Part shown: in pieces, positions 62,343-64,000 of the stretch
Layout of the letters: each line of letters starts with the position of its first letter
How positions within the stretch are numbered: the stretch's first letter is position 1
Assembly: GCA_000708835.1 (NCBI GenBank)
Contig: DF237106.1
Coordinates: forward strand, 22,370-86,369
DNA length: 64,000 nt
From: Klebsormidium nitens
Lineage: Eukaryota > Plantae > Klebsormidiophyceae
Direction: 5' to 3'
Program-made: the position numbers and the translations under genes
The notes under the pieces: model-generated
The model's database searches: none
Told to the model about the DNA's origin: nothing
The model's input: the letters and a program-made list of their open reading frames with translations, nothing else

Positions 62343-64000
62343 TCATTCATGCCGGCGCTTCTTCCCACCGTGGCTCCTCCTCTCGTGCTTCTTTCTCTCA
62401 TGCTCGCCATCATCGTAATCACGACTCCGGCCTCGTTTCTCCTCGTGCCTCTCGTGCTTATGGTGCTTTTCCGTTCTCGAGGGCCTGCTTGGCCCCTCAA
62501 CAATGTCCTCGTTCAATTCCATGGCCGCAACGGACATGACCGCATGTGGCTCGCCCGACTTTCCCTTCTTCCGGGAAGGCTCGAACGCCGGTGGTGGTCC
62601 AGTCGACTTTGCGCCAGACCTCTCCATCTGAAAACAAGCACTCTTTATTTAGAATGTTGTCATCAGGTCAAAATGGAGCAAAAAACCATTTCGAAGCAGG
62701 AGTTCCTCCTAGGTGCCCTTCCAAAGAGGGAGGTTAAAGCATCGACCTGCACAAACTTGACTGGGTGACACGACAAGAGCTTTCTCTTCGAAGTCATTAG
62801 AGAATCCGAGTTACCGAACAAATCTGCTTTTGCCTTCGTCGCTAACAAGAATCTCAGATTTTCTGCAGCCCGTTCGCTCCCGGCTCGCAACAGTTCAACT
62901 TGTTTGGCAAGGCGCAGTCCCACCCAAACCAAGCAACCAAAAGGCTCTTGCACACCTCTTATCTTCAAAACACTTGAGAAGAAACAAAGGAATCTCGATT
63001 CACAGAGCATACCCACCTGCTTCTTCAGCAACTGTTCCCGCAGCCTGGTCGCCTCCTCGTCCTTTTCCACCCTCTCCAACCGCCCGGTGATCCCCCCCCG
63101 TTCCGGCACCGGGCTGAAACTCCGCCCCATCCGCTCGCCGTCCGGCCCCCGTCTCCTCAGTTCTGCCGGCGGCTCCTTCCGCCGATGCCGCTCCTCCACC
63201 TCCTCTGACGCCCGGAAATCCCTATACGGCCCGCGCGCGCTTTCCACGACTTCTCTCACGCCCCCCCCCGCCCGTCGTCGTCCGGGAGAAACCGGCCGCG
63301 GTCCTCGTACACCCCCCTGCGGGGCTCATCAACCGAGCCCCTGACCCGGTCGTCGAACCCCCCCCGGCGCGGGAGCTCCTCGGGAAACGCTCTCCGGGGG
63401 TGGTCGTCATCTAGAACCACTCGCCGGGGCGGATCGACCGTCGCTAAGCTTCGGACGACCTGCCGCTGGTCCGACGGATGGGCGTCCAAATCGTGCTTGT
63501 GCCGCTTTCGCTCGCGTTCCGGCTCCTCCCGGTCCTCTTTCGGGGGGCGCTTGCCCCGGTCCTTTCTGCCCCCCTCCTCCGAAGCCCGCCGGTCCGCGGG
63601 CGATGCCGAGAGGCGCTTACGGACGTCCGGCCGCTCCGCAATCTCGCCTTCCTCCCGTGACGCTTTCGACCGCCCGCTTAGACTAATAATCTTGGAACCC
63701 CTCCGCTCTTCCGCCCCGCCGGAGAGTTTCCGTTCGTCCGCACCCAATAACCGCTCCTCCAAACCGGCCTTCCGGTCTACAGACGGCAGTTTCGTCCGTG
63801 CGTCAATCACATCCCGACCGTTGTTGCTCCTCTCAGACACCCGGGTCTCGCCTTTAACCCTCTTTCCCTCTGGTTCATCAACCCTAACCCGCCCCTCCGC
63901 CACCTTGGGCCCCATTTCCGCGGTGGGCGCATCCCGCAGCAGAGCCTTCCTGCTTTCCCGACCTTCAACCTCGTCTCTCACAGGGCCTCTCCGAGGCTCC
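62343..64000 (-). CDS. 3' part of an Arg/Glu/Lys/Asp-rich low-complexity protein (possibly nuclear/RNA-processing), 5' end outside window
   Basis: Exon >64000-63017 (donor CAG/GTGGGT) is spliced to 62627-62343 (acceptor TTTTCAG). There is an apparent frameshift in the G9 run at 63261-63269. RSFSP/RSR-type motifs and a basic KH-rich tail are present. Confidence 0.7.

Noticed and set aside
62663-63016. Read-through of the 198-aa ORF beyond LLKKQ
   Set aside because: A strong donor at 63016 and an in-phase acceptor at 62628 indicate this stretch is intron.

Overview
Eukaryotic nuclear DNA with GC-rich exons, spliceosomal introns and one 490-nt assembly gap. Gene content and style suggest a streptophyte green alga such as Klebsormidium (inference, not checked). 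All gene models were built by hand from splice sites and frame continuity. In order: (1) a 7-exon RCC1-repeat gene with a 4-kb intron and a GC-AG intron; (2) a 3-exon orphan gene; (3) a ~1240-aa LRR protein that ends in a polytopic XK/Xkr-like membrane domain instead of a kinase and carries a frameshift; (4) a secreted CLCA-like zinc metalloprotease-vWA protein; (5) a 7-exon secreted class C beta-lactamase-like serine hydrolase; (6) six intronless F-box paralogues, two intact and four with lesions; (7) an intronless GxWAGD-repeat pseudogene; (8) a 6-exon GH63 glucosylglycerate/mannosylglycerate hydrolase-like gene; (9) a 548-bp Mutator-type MITE with TIRs and a 10-bp TSD; (10) a pseudogene with three stops; (11) the 3' part of an Arg/Glu/Lys-rich protein gene. 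The most novel candidates are the LRR-XK-like fusion, the algal CLCA-like protease and the F-box array with its unassigned Cys/His-rich C-terminal domain. No rRNA, tRNA or CRISPR array was seen.
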